Origin: Nitrososphaeria archaeon
GTDB taxonomy: Archaea > Thermoproteota > Nitrososphaeria > JACIWG01
Direction of reading: 5' to 3'
DNA length: 64,000 nucleotides
Assembly: GCA_049969935.1 (NCBI GenBank)
Contig: JBMFNX010000002.1
Span: forward strand, 5,789-69,788
In this document: in pieces, positions 50,767-59,768 of the stretch
Numbering within the stretch: position 1 is the first letter of the stretch
Layout: the number at the start of each line of letters is the position of its first letter
The notes under the pieces: generated by a model
Told to the model about the DNA's origin: nothing
The model's input: only the letters and a program-made list of their open reading frames with translations
The model's database searches: none
Position numbers and translations under genes: made by a program

Positions 50767-50976
50767 TTATACATCAAATGCACCACCGGCCACCCTATAA
50801 TTGCATTTTTTGCAATACCATATTCCTACAGCCTTTCTCTTAAACCTTTTTGAACCACAAGATGGACAAATCCTTTTTTGCCTTAATTGGACTAACACTT
50901 TTGATGCACGTTTCCTCACCGTAGCACCATATCTTGCACCCAAACCTTTTGTCATATTGATTTCAGACTTAGGCAT
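50767..50976 (-). CDS. rpl37ae: Ribosomal protein L37Ae (eL43)
   Basis: GARYG..VRKR, CPSC, GIW.CKKC..AGGA motifs. Confidence 0.95.
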   Translation of the reverse strand: MPKSEINMTKGLGARYGATVRKRASKVLVQLRQKRICPSCGSKRFKRKAVGIWYCKKCNYRVAGGAFDV

Positions 50977-51784
50977 TTTCTATCACCTTTTTTACTAAGG
51001 ATCTTAATTCCTCAGCCTTAGCCTTAGAAATTTCCACTATTTTAAATAATTGTTCCTTAGATATTCCGGTAGAACCGCCTTTTTGCCCCGCACATAGGAA
51101 GCCTTCATCATTAAAGGTTAAAGTTAATCTCGAATCTTGCACAGAATCCTCTTCTTCAGTAGGATCAACAAGTATAGCATCCCCTATAATTATAGAAGTA
51201 ATTGATATTGGAATACAGCGTGTTGGCAATCTACATTTTTGAACCTCAAAACTTCCATCTTCTTTTGCAATTTTTTTATCAAAGGTTGTTGTTAAGAGGG
51301 CGGAGACAGCTGCTAAAAATGCGGCATCAAATATATTACCGTCCATGTTTAATATGCTTATGTCTACGAAGACACAATAAACTAGTTTTCCTGGTTCTAT
51401 CACCAGCGATTTAAGATCAATCATCTGCGATTCCCTTATCCCACGGTCAACAACTCTTGAAACTTCGATTGCATCTTCATCTGGTGGGCCAGGCTCAATT
51501 AATGCTGAGGAAAAGGGAAGAAATTCTGCATTTACAACTAGAAGGCCTTGATCCGGTGTATCCGGGAAAGGTGTACCTGTCTCAATTTTTACACCAGCAA
51601 CTACCTTTGTATTTCCTACAGAGACTTCAGCGGACCCATTTGACTTTTGTATTATGCCAACTTTTATATTTATGGGACGAAAATCTGTAAGGGAACGCCC
51701 ATCTAAACGCTTTTCTTTTGCCAGCAATTCTATCATTTGCATTTTCCTTAAATTTTCTATGATGGGAGACTTTTTAATCGACAT
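50969..51784 (-). CDS. rrp42: Exosome component Rrp42
   Basis: RLDGR, PFPDTP..G, EPGPPDE.AIE.SRVVDRGIRES motifs. Confidence 0.95.
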   Translation of the reverse strand: MSIKKSPIIENLRKMQMIELLAKEKRLDGRSLTDFRPINIKVGIIQKSNGSAEVSVGNTKVVAGVKIETGTPFPDTPDQGLLVVNAEFLPFSSALIEPGPPDEDAIEVSRVVDRGIRESQMIDLKSLVIEPGKLVYCVFVDISILNMDGNIFDAAFLAAVSALLTTTFDKKIAKEDGSFEVQKCRLPTRCIPISITSIIIGDAILVDPTEEEDSVQDSRLTLTFNDEGFLCAGQKGGSTGISKEQLFKIVEISKAKAEELRSLVKKVIENA

Positions 51785-52512
51785 TACCTTTCCTCCACCG
51801 TTCCAAAATATTTTTCAATAAGAGCCTTCTTAAGTATTTCATATACCCTTTTATTTCCCAATATGGCCAAATCAATTGCCTTTTTAAATTCTTCTTCAGT
51901 AAATATTCCGTCAAATTGTAGAAGAACAATCTTGTCAAGATTTGGCATGTAGGCTACTGGCATATCACCTTCACCTTCTTTATCTTCATAATCACTTAAA
52001 TCTAATACTATTTGGCCATCAATTTTTCCAACAGCACATCCTACTATAAGATCACGCATAGATATTCCACTGTCAGCAAGTGCAGCAGATACAGCTGTGA
52101 TGCTAGCACACCTAGAACCGCCATCAGATTGAAGAACTTCAACATAAACATCAATTATTGACCGAGGATATTCTTCCAAAAAGATAGCACTTTCCATTGC
52201 TCTCCTTAACACGAGAGAAATTTCTATTTCTCGTCTTGTAGGTTGAGGGGGCTTTCTTTCCTCTGTAGAAAAGGGAGCCATATGATATCGGCACCTGACA
52301 ATAGCTCGATCTGGTAGAGCGATATGCTTTGGATGAGCTTCTCGTGGACCATAGACGGCTGCGATAATCTTATTTTTACCAAATTCTATATAGGCTGAAC
52401 CATCAGCATTTTTTATTACCCCCACTTCAATTCTTATAGGCCTTAACTCATCCCATCTTCTTCCATCAAGTCTTATACCATTTTCATCAATCAACTTCCC
52501 CACTTTATTCAC
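51784..52512 (-). CDS. rrp41: Exosome exonuclease Rrp41
   Basis: [31 protein letters not shown] motifs. Confidence 0.96.
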   Translation of the reverse strand: MNKVGKLIDENGIRLDGRRWDELRPIRIEVGVIKNADGSAYIEFGKNKIIAAVYGPREAHPKHIALPDRAIVRCRYHMAPFSTEERKPPQPTRREIEISLVLRRAMESAIFLEEYPRSIIDVYVEVLQSDGGSRCASITAVSAALADSGISMRDLIVGCAVGKIDGQIVLDLSDYEDKEGEGDMPVAYMPNLDKIVLLQFDGIFTEEEFKKAIDLAILGNKRVYEILKKALIEKYFGTVEER

Positions 52513-53189
52513 CCCTCTTTTGTTAACAGTTCATTGATCATATTCGTTAACGAAGGCACGTGAGCTTTTTCCTCTATTAAACGGATAGCTCTAGCAGCCA
52601 GCACTATTCCTTCAGAAGGGCCTTGAACAACAATGATCCCATTTTGGCCTATAATAAGTTTTGTTTTTGTCTTTGTCTCTATAATCTTGGCCATAGAACC
52701 TTTTTTCCCAATTAATCTTGGGATCTTTGAAGGCGAAAGTTTTATGGGCTCACCATGAACTATCTTCCCCAACCCATGTTCTCTTATAGTTAATACTGGA
52801 TCCTTTGTCCGGTCGCATGCAATTATTTTAGCGGCAAGCACATCTCCAACTTTAAATTGTGATGTAAGAGAATGAGTCTGTGAAGAAAATTCTCTGCCAA
52901 AAACATCTTGTGCTGGAAGATGGGCAGTATAAATAGAATTTATGTCAACATCCCAAGAAAAGGCATCAAAATCTATGATCTTGCCTATTACAAAATCATT
53001 GACCCTTGGAATATATGGGCCGGCGAGGGGGATCAACTTAACATCCTTACCGTCAATTTCAACCAAACCGACTTTTAAAGAGAAAAGTTTGTTTCCTAAT
53101 TTATAGGTATTAGGAGGAGCTGTACCAGTGTATGAATCATGGAGCAGGTCACCAGGCAATACTCTTGTTCTAACTAAGACCATAAACAT
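52509..53189 (-). CDS. rrp4: Exosome RNA-binding protein Rrp4
   Basis: VLPGD, YIP..ND.VIG (S1 domain), [10 protein letters not shown] and GQNG (KH domain). Confidence 0.93.
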   Translation of the reverse strand: MFMVLVRTRVLPGDLLHDSYTGTAPPNTYKLGNKLFSLKVGLVEIDGKDVKLIPLAGPYIPRVNDFVIGKIIDFDAFSWDVDINSIYTAHLPAQDVFGREFSSQTHSLTSQFKVGDVLAAKIIACDRTKDPVLTIREHGLGKIVHGEPIKLSPSKIPRLIGKKGSMAKIIETKTKTKLIIGQNGIIVVQGPSEGIVLAARAIRLIEEKAHVPSLTNMINELLTKEG

Positions 53190-53190
53190 T

Positions 53191-53886
53191 TCACTTCCTT
53201 GAAACTATTGAAATTTCTGCTTCACCTTTTGTTAACGAGGCAACCTTTTCAACCAAAGATGGATGTAAACCAGCCGGAATCTCAATTTCTACCGTATAGC
53301 TTCCATCTGAAAGCCATTGTTCTTTTAAAAATTTACCGAATGATTTAAGCAATCCAATTGACTTTGAAGAATATTTTGAGGGAATCTTTACTTTGAGTAC
53401 TAGATTCTGAGATTTGAGTGGGAGTATAGGACGTATGGCTTCAACTACTGTTTGCAATTGTTCTTCAGGAGACTTAAATGGATCTATTGAAACATGAGCT
53501 TCTTCTAAAGCTTGTTCGTATCTGGTTGGAGGGTGAGGAGTATTCGTTCTAGGGTCGACAAAATTTTTTGATAAAATTGATATAATAGCCTTTTTCTTCT
53601 CATCTATAAGTTTTCTCCTCTGTTCTAGTGTTAACTGTAATTCACCTTTTTTTAATATAATTTCTGCAACCTTATAAAAGTCTTTTGTATGAAAAATTTT
53701 TTGAAGCTTCTCTTCAGACACACGCATGCCTTTAGCTGCATCTGAAAAAACTTCTTCTATGCCTATAACTTGTGAAAGTTCTATAGGTTTGCCCATTTTA
53801 TAATTTAATGCTTGATCCGGGCGAACTAGAAGTTCAAAACGCTCTCCATCAATTGTCAACCGAACACATGTAAATTTACTACTCAT
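53191..53886 (-). CDS. Ribosome maturation factor SBDS/Sdo1
   Basis: GERFE.LV, ILKKGELQLT.EQR, DPRT..PHPP.R motifs. Confidence 0.95.
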   Translation of the reverse strand: MSSKFTCVRLTIDGERFELLVRPDQALNYKMGKPIELSQVIGIEEVFSDAAKGMRVSEEKLQKIFHTKDFYKVAEIILKKGELQLTLEQRRKLIDEKKKAIISILSKNFVDPRTNTPHPPTRYEQALEEAHVSIDPFKSPEEQLQTVVEAIRPILPLKSQNLVLKVKIPSKYSSKSIGLLKSFGKFLKEQWLSDGSYTVEIEIPAGLHPSLVEKVASLTKGEAEISIVSRK

Positions 53887-53898
53887 GAACTTTCCCTT

Positions 53899-54627
53899 CT
53901 ATTGAGTAAACTTTTCTTTCGCTAGTTCTGCAAATTTTGATATTTCATTTTCTGTATATCGTCTGAGTTTCCTTGTTTTAGTATCCACGACAGCCATTCT
54001 TATATGCCCAATGCCAACTTTATCTTCGCTAACTAAATATACAGATTTAACACCAAGTACGCATAGTTCATCAACTTTCATTGACGGATTAAAGTTATTT
54101 TCTAAAAATTGTGTAACTTGCTCTGAACCAGCTCCTATAGATACTGCTTCATACTGTAGGTAGCTTCCACTTGGATCAACCAAAAATACAGAGGGACCCT
54201 TTTTGTCGACTCCTGCAATTATAAGGGAAACACCAAATGGACGGACACCTGCATATTGTGTAAATTCTTGTGTGAGGTCACCTAAATATTTTGCTACCGA
54301 TTCTACGTCAACATCCTCATCGTAGAGCAGTCGATTGGTCTGCGAAAAGATTCTCGCACGATCCACTAAAACTCTTGCGTCAGGAACATAACCTGCTGCA
54401 GCAGCACCAATGTGGTCATCAATCTGGAAAATTTTTTGTGATAAATTGGGGGATTGAAGCTTACGAATTCTTTCTTCAACAACTAACACTACACCATCGA
54501 CACCCTTCAAACCCAATGCTATTGTACCCCTCCTCACAGTCTCTAATGCATACTCTACTTGATACAATCTTCCATCAGGTGAGAAGATTGTTAACGCCCT
54601 ATCATATCCAGCTGATGGTCCGAAAAT
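53899..54627 (-). CDS. psmA: Proteasome alpha subunit; probable non-canonical ATT start at 54627
   Basis: In-frame upstream extension IFGPSAGYDRALTIFSPDGR joins LYQVEYA; RPFGVSL motif; SD GAGGTGA at 54634-54640. Confidence 0.93.
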   Translation of the reverse strand: MFGPSAGYDRALTIFSPDGRLYQVEYALETVRRGTIALGLKGVDGVVLVVEERIRKLQSPNLSQKIFQIDDHIGAAAAGYVPDARVLVDRARIFSQTNRLLYDEDVDVESVAKYLGDLTQEFTQYAGVRPFGVSLIIAGVDKKGPSVFLVDPSGSYLQYEAVSIGAGSEQVTQFLENNFNPSMKVDELCVLGVKSVYLVSEDKVGIGHIRMAVVDTKTRKLRRYTENEISKFAELAKEKFTQ

Positions 54628-54705
54628 ATCCCTTCACCTCTTTCTTTCCAAATAGTAGTCATTATGGCTACGTTTAAACCTTTTTATTTTTTTCTATTAA
54701 ATTAG

Positions 54706-54771
54706 AAGGTCAGTGTTATCGGTTCTTCAAGGCTTATTAGCTCAGACTGGGACGGCGTACACTTCATCCCC
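54706..54771 (-). ncRNA. C/D-box sRNA, predicted guide for 23S rRNA Gm2251 (E. coli numbering)
   Basis: Box C GGATGA, D' CTGA (54742-45), C' TGAAGA, D CTGA (54710-13); D' guide ..GCCGTCCCAGT is complementary to the P-loop RCUGGGGCGG; TATA-like tract about 25 nt upstream. Confidence 0.75.
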
Positions 54772-54807
54772 AAGAGAGCTATTTTGGCAGTCTTTTTTAA
54801 ACTTTTC

Positions 54808-55257
54808 TCACTCTTGCTCGAGTTCCATTATAAAATTTTTATAGAAATTTTTTACATTCTTAACATTCTTATTCTTGGGCGAAAGTTTAAAATGAATGAC
54901 ATTTGAACCATCTAGCTTAAAAAAATTCTTAAAAAGACCTGATTTCTCCACCCTCAAATAAAGATTTTTGTGCTCGTCTATCCTTTTTTCTATACTTTCT
55001 AGAAGAAGATTTTTATCAACTGGATCGAGATTCTTAAAAATCAATCTTAAAACATGCTTTGCAGGCGAACCCTTTAAGTATATCGTATACTTTATTATAG
55101 GATTACCATAATGACCTTCAAACACATTCTCCTTAAAGGTTTCAGAGGACAAATTAAAAATGAGTTTAATTTTATCAAACAATTTCTGCTTATCTTCAGT
55201 TGCATGAACAAAAAACGACATTTCTACATTTATTTGAAACGATCCTTTTATCATCAA
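54808..55257 (-). CDS. DUF54 family predicted RNA-binding protein
   Basis: HATED, EGHYGNPI, LYLR.EK motifs; usual superoperon member. Confidence 0.88.
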   Translation of the reverse strand: MMIKGSFQINVEMSFFVHATEDKQKLFDKIKLIFNLSSETFKENVFEGHYGNPIIKYTIYLKGSPAKHVLRLIFKNLDPVDKNLLLESIEKRIDEHKNLYLRVEKSGLFKNFFKLDGSNVIHFKLSPKNKNVKNVKNFYKNFIMELEQE

Positions 55258-55309
55258 CTTTCACCCATAAATAAAACATAAATAAAGTTTAACATCGTAG
55301 TGGGGAAAG

Positions 55310-56308
55310 ATGAACAAAAATAATTTATTATGTTTAGGAATAGAGTCTACAGCACATACTTTCTCTATTGCTATTTTAACTGAAGATAGAATATTATCTA
55401 ATGTGAAGGAAGTTTATGTGCCTCCTCCTGGAGAGGGCATCCACCCATATGAGGCAGCTCAACATCACATGAGGAGGGCTAAAAAGGTTTTGGATACCGC
55501 TATAAGTAAAAGTGGAGTTTGCATGAAGGATGTAGATGTTATTGCGTTTTCAGCTGGACCTGGATTAGGGCCGTGCCTTAAAGTTGGAGCTGTTATTGCT
55601 CGAACATTAGCTGCATATTATAATAAACCTTTAACTGCTGTAAATCATGCTATAGGACACATAGAACTGGCAAACTTTTTTGCGAAAACAGTGGACCCGG
55701 TGGTTGTTCTAGTTTCAGGTGGGCACACACTTGTTTCTTCATATTTAATGAAAAGATGGAGAATTTTTGGGGAGACATTGGATATAACTTTGGGACAACT
55801 TTTTGATCAATTGGGTAGAGAATTAGGATTTGGTTCGCCAGCGGGTAGATATATTGAGGAATTAGCAAGTAGGGGCAGAAGATACATAGAAATGCCGTAT
55901 AGTGTAAAAGGTAATAATGTTTCTTTTTCTGGTCTTTTAACTTATGCTAAAAACCTGATTAAAAAGGGCTATAGTAAAGAAGATGTTTGTTATTCTGTTC
56001 AGGAAACCGCTTTCGCTATGCTAACTGAAGTTACAGAGAGACTGTTAGCTTTTTCAGAAAAGAAGGAAATTATTTTGACTGGTGGAGTGGCAGCCAATAG
56101 TAGGCTACAGGAGATGATTAAAAGCCTTTGTAGAGTTCATAATGTTGCATTCCATGTTATTCCAAGCGAATTTAGTGGCGACTGTGGTGCACAAATAGCG
56201 CTAGTTGGACTATTACAATATAAGTCTAATAATATTATAGATGTAGAGGAGAGTTTTGTTAAACAGTCTTGGAGAATAGATGAGGTGGACATAACATGGA
56301 GAGATTAA
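55310..56308 (+). CDS. kae1: KEOPS t6A synthase Kae1
   Basis: GIESTAHT, GPGLGPCL, NHAIGHIE, VSGGHT, GETLDI, GGVAAN motifs. Confidence 0.96.
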   Translation: MNKNNLLCLGIESTAHTFSIAILTEDRILSNVKEVYVPPPGEGIHPYEAAQHHMRRAKKVLDTAISKSGVCMKDVDVIAFSAGPGLGPCLKVGAVIARTLAAYYNKPLTAVNHAIGHIELANFFAKTVDPVVVLVSGGHTLVSSYLMKRWRIFGETLDITLGQLFDQLGRELGFGSPAGRYIEELASRGRRYIEMPYSVKGNNVSFSGLLTYAKNLIKKGYSKEDVCYSVQETAFAMLTEVTERLLAFSEKKEIILTGGVAANSRLQEMIKSLCRVHNVAFHVIPSEFSGDCGAQIALVGLLQYKSNNIIDVEESFVKQSWRIDEVDITWRD

Positions 56309-56928
56309 TTAAGGTGGGTGCAGAAGCGAACATATTCATTTCTAAATGGCATGGGATTGAAGTTATTAGAAAGGTTAGAAGAAGTAAACCATATTGGAGA
56401 AAAGAATTAGATCTTAAAATAAGAAAGATTAGAACAATAAGGGAGACATATTATATAAATTTGGTGAAAAAATTCGGTGTTTTAACGCCTGTGATTTACT
56501 TTTCAGACCCATTTAGGGGGGAAATCATAATGGAGTATGTTAAGGGCGATAGATTAAAAGATGTTATAGAAGATGATAGCATTAGAGAGGGAAAAATTCT
56601 TTATGAAGTTGGTAGGGAATTGGGTATAATGCATTCTCATAATATAATACATGGTGATCCGACAACTTCAAATTTTATTATTAAGGAAGATGATAGCATG
56701 GTATATATTATAGATTTTGGTTTGACCTTTTACTCTCAAAGAGTTGAGGATAAAGCAGTTGACATCCATCTTTTTAAACAGGTGATAAAAAGTGCTCATC
56801 CAAAATATTTTGAACAAATATTTGAAAGGGTTATTTCTGGATATTCTAGAACATACAACATGGCCACCAAGATATTAGAGAATGTGAAAGAAATAGAGAG
56901 GAGGGGGAGATATGCTACACTCGAATAA
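56296..56928 (+). CDS. bud32: KEOPS kinase/ATPase Bud32
   Basis: GAEA, HGDPTTSN, IDFGL, EDKAVD, RGRY motifs. Confidence 0.95.
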   Translation: MERLIKVGAEANIFISKWHGIEVIRKVRRSKPYWRKELDLKIRKIRTIRETYYINLVKKFGVLTPVIYFSDPFRGEIIMEYVKGDRLKDVIEDDSIREGKILYEVGRELGIMHSHNIIHGDPTTSNFIIKEDDSMVYIIDFGLTFYSQRVEDKAVDIHLFKQVIKSAHPKYFEQIFERVISGYSRTYNMATKILENVKEIERRGRYATLE

Positions 56929-57502
56929 TAAGATTTTTTTTGCAACAAACAACATTAACAAGATCCGAGAGGCACAAGGTGTACTATCAAATTTTGGAAT
57001 AGTAATTGAAAAGATAAATGTAAGAAAAGTTGAAATACAGTCAGACGTTTTAGAAGAAATTGTATTATATGCACTAAAAAAAGTTAATAAAAGAATAATC
57101 CCGATTATTATTGAAGATTCAGGGTTGTTTATAGAAAAACTTAATGGATTTCCGGGACCTTATTCATCATATGCATATAGGAAAATTGGATGTGATGGAA
57201 TATTAAAACTGCTTGAGGGAGAAAAAGAAAGAGGGGCAAAATTCGTGTCAATTGTGGGATTTAAAAAAGGTAAATTAATAAAAATATTTAAGGGAGAAAT
57301 AGTTGGAAAAATAGCATATAAGAAAATGGGAAGACATGGATTCGGATTTGATCCAATATTTATACCAGAAAATAACGAAAAAACATTTGCCGAAATGGAT
57401 TTAGAAGAAAAAAATTTATGGTCTCATAGGGGAAGGGCTTTTAAAGCACTAGGAGAATGGTTACAAAGTTCTATTAAAACTTCTGACCACCATTATGTTT
57501 AG
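56912..57502 (+). CDS. rdgB: dITP/XTP pyrophosphatase (RdgB/HAM1)
   Basis: ATNN.NK, EDSGL..L.GFPGPYS, GFGFDPIF, SHRGRA motifs. Confidence 0.95.
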   Translation: MLHSNNKIFFATNNINKIREAQGVLSNFGIVIEKINVRKVEIQSDVLEEIVLYALKKVNKRIIPIIIEDSGLFIEKLNGFPGPYSSYAYRKIGCDGILKLLEGEKERGAKFVSIVGFKKGKLIKIFKGEIVGKIAYKKMGRHGFGFDPIFIPENNEKTFAEMDLEEKNLWSHRGRAFKALGEWLQSSIKTSDHHYV

Positions 57503-57637
57503 ATGATAAACATATAACTACTTAAATCAAAAGGAGTTAAAATATAAATAAATTAACGTTAAAAATTTAAACCACAAATTTTCATGAACAATTTCAAAAG
57601 TATAAAAATGTATTTAAATATACCTAAATAAGAGTGC

Positions 57638-58093
57638 TTGAACATGACTAGACAATATTGTCATAAGGATGGTAAATCGCATTCAACTAGACCCATTTAT
57701 AGGCTTAGTCCACCTTGGGTAACATACACCCCAGAAGAAGTAACATCACTGATAATTAAAATGGCTAATGAAGGATTAACACCAAGCCAAATAGGGGTAC
57801 AACTTAGAGATGGATATGGGATTCCACTACAAAAACAAATAACTGGAAAAAGCATATGCGAAATATTAAGAGAACATAATATGATGCCACAAATTCCTTA
57901 CGATTTAGAGAACCTTATTAGAAAAGCAGAAAACTTACAACGACATTTAAAAAAGCACAAGAAAGATGGAAAAAATGTGAGAGCACTAGAGCTGGTGGAA
58001 GCAAGAATCCATAGACTTTCAAAGTATTATAAAAGAAATGGTTTACTTGACAAAAGCTGGAAATATAAACCACAAGTTGCACAATTGGAATAG
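57638..58093 (+). CDS. rps15: Ribosomal protein S15 (uS15/S13e)
   Basis: GKSHSTRP, PSQIGVQLRD.YGIP, ARIHRLSKYYK motifs. Confidence 0.96.
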   Translation: MNMTRQYCHKDGKSHSTRPIYRLSPPWVTYTPEEVTSLIIKMANEGLTPSQIGVQLRDGYGIPLQKQITGKSICEILREHNMMPQIPYDLENLIRKAENLQRHLKKHKKDGKNVRALELVEARIHRLSKYYKRNGLLDKSWKYKPQVAQLE

Positions 58094-58102
58094 GATTAAA
58101 AA

Positions 58103-59521
58103 ATGGACTTTAAAGAATTTAAAGAAAAAAGTGAATCTATTTCAGAACTTATTGAAAATGCTATAGATGAGGGAAAACAGATAATAATATGTTGCCACTT
58201 AGATGCTGATGGACTAGCCGCTGGAAGTATTATTGGAAAGAGTATATACAATGAGGGGGGAAGAGCAATAATAAGAACATTGAGTGAACTTAATCAAAAC
58301 TGCATAACCAACTTAAGGAACCAAGAATATGACTTTTACATATTTACAGATCTTGGAATGGGGTACGTTGGGATTCTTGAAAAGGAGTTAGAAAATAAAT
58401 GGATTATACTTGATCACCACCAAAGTAGTAAAGAAGAATTAGAACATACTAGAGTTTTAAATCCACATGAATTTGGAATAGATGGTGGAGTTGAGATATC
58501 AGGCTCAGGTGTCGCATACTTAGTAGCCAAAAGAATTAATAGTTCAAATCGGAGTAGTGCGGCATTAGCTATTGTGGGAGCACTTGCAGATAGACAAGAT
58601 CAAGGGCCGTCAAGAAGCTTAATAGGAATAAATCAAAAAATTATTTTAAAAGATGCAAAAATGTTAGGATTAATTAAAGAAGAAAAGGATCTTGTTTTTT
58701 ATGGTAGAGAAACAAAGCCTATTCATGAGGCGATAGCGTCTACAAATACACCCTTTATACCATTGCTTTCTGGTAATCCAGACGCATGTCTAGCAGCATT
58801 ACTTTCCTCTAACTTTAAATTAAAAGATGGAGAAAGATGGAGAACAATTTCTCAACTCTCCTATGAAGAAAAAATGAAACTTATCGAGATACTTATCCCT
58901 TATTTAACTAAAGAGGGGGCCAAAAGTGAAATAGTTGAAGAATTATTTGGTTCAGTTTATACACTTTTGAAGGAAGAAGAGGGAACAATTTTAAGGGATG
59001 CAAGGGAATTTGGTTCTCTTTTAAATGCATGTGGTAGGAGCGGGAAACCTAGTATAGGAATACTAATTTGCTTAGGAGATAGAAATGAGGCATATTATAT
59101 GGGAGAAAAGATATTATCAGATTATAGAAAAAGGATTACACATTATCTTCAAATTATAAATTCGGATGTAAATAGAATGCGTTACGAAGAAAATATTGTT
59201 AATGTTATTGGAGATGATTTAGTAGATGAAAAGATGTTGGGTGCTGTAGCATCCATTATTGCAAGCTCACCCCTTTTTAGAGATAAAATAGTTATTGTAA
59301 GGACGAAAACAAAGGATAATGATTTAAAAATTTCTATTAGAAGGGGGGAAAAGATTAAAGATTTGAATATTGGCCTAATAGTAAGTGGAGTTGCTAAAGG
59401 CCTAAATGGTTCAGGAGGCGGACATGCAGCAGCAGCTGGAGCAAAAATTCCATTCGACCAATATGAAAAATTTATGACCAAACTAATTGAAGAGATTAGA
59501 TATGGAAAGGGTGGAAGTTAA
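58103..59521 (+). CDS. Archaeal RecJ/GAN-like DHH nuclease
   Basis: HLDADG, DLG, LDHH, GALADRQD, NACGR, GGGH..AAGA; conserved rps15-recJ-pcc1 synteny. Confidence 0.92.
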   Translation: MDFKEFKEKSESISELIENAIDEGKQIIICCHLDADGLAAGSIIGKSIYNEGGRAIIRTLSELNQNCITNLRNQEYDFYIFTDLGMGYVGILEKELENKWIILDHHQSSKEELEHTRVLNPHEFGIDGGVEISGSGVAYLVAKRINSSNRSSAALAIVGALADRQDQGPSRSLIGINQKIILKDAKMLGLIKEEKDLVFYGRETKPIHEAIASTNTPFIPLLSGNPDACLAALLSSNFKLKDGERWRTISQLSYEEKMKLIEILIPYLTKEGAKSEIVEELFGSVYTLLKEEEGTILRDAREFGSLLNACGRSGKPSIGILICLGDRNEAYYMGEKILSDYRKRITHYLQIINSDVNRMRYEENIVNVIGDDLVDEKMLGAVASIIASSPLFRDKIVIVRTKTKDNDLKISIRRGEKIKDLNIGLIVSGVAKGLNGSGGGHAAAAGAKIPFDQYEKFMTKLIEEIRYGKGGS

Positions 59522-59768
59522 AATTTTGGTGAAGACTGAAGATCCTAAAATAGTAGATACACTTTTTAAAGCCATAAAACCGGATAATGTAAACATTCCT
59601 GAAGAAATATCACTTGAATTTTATAGAGAAAATAATGAACTTATTTTTGCTGTATCCACAGAAAAGGATATAGAAACATTAATATCTACATTGCGTGAGG
59701 GTCTTGATTATATTGGATTATGCCTGCAAGTATTAATGGTGAATGGAGATGAAGAAGATACAAACTGA
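59487..59768 (+). CDS. pcc1: KEOPS subunit Pcc1 (start probably MERVE at about 59502)
   Basis: AIKPDN motif, size and synteny. Confidence 0.8.
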   Translation: MKRLDMERVEVKILVKTEDPKIVDTLFKAIKPDNVNIPEEISLEFYRENNELIFAVSTEKDIETLISTLREGLDYIGLCLQVLMVNGDEEDTN

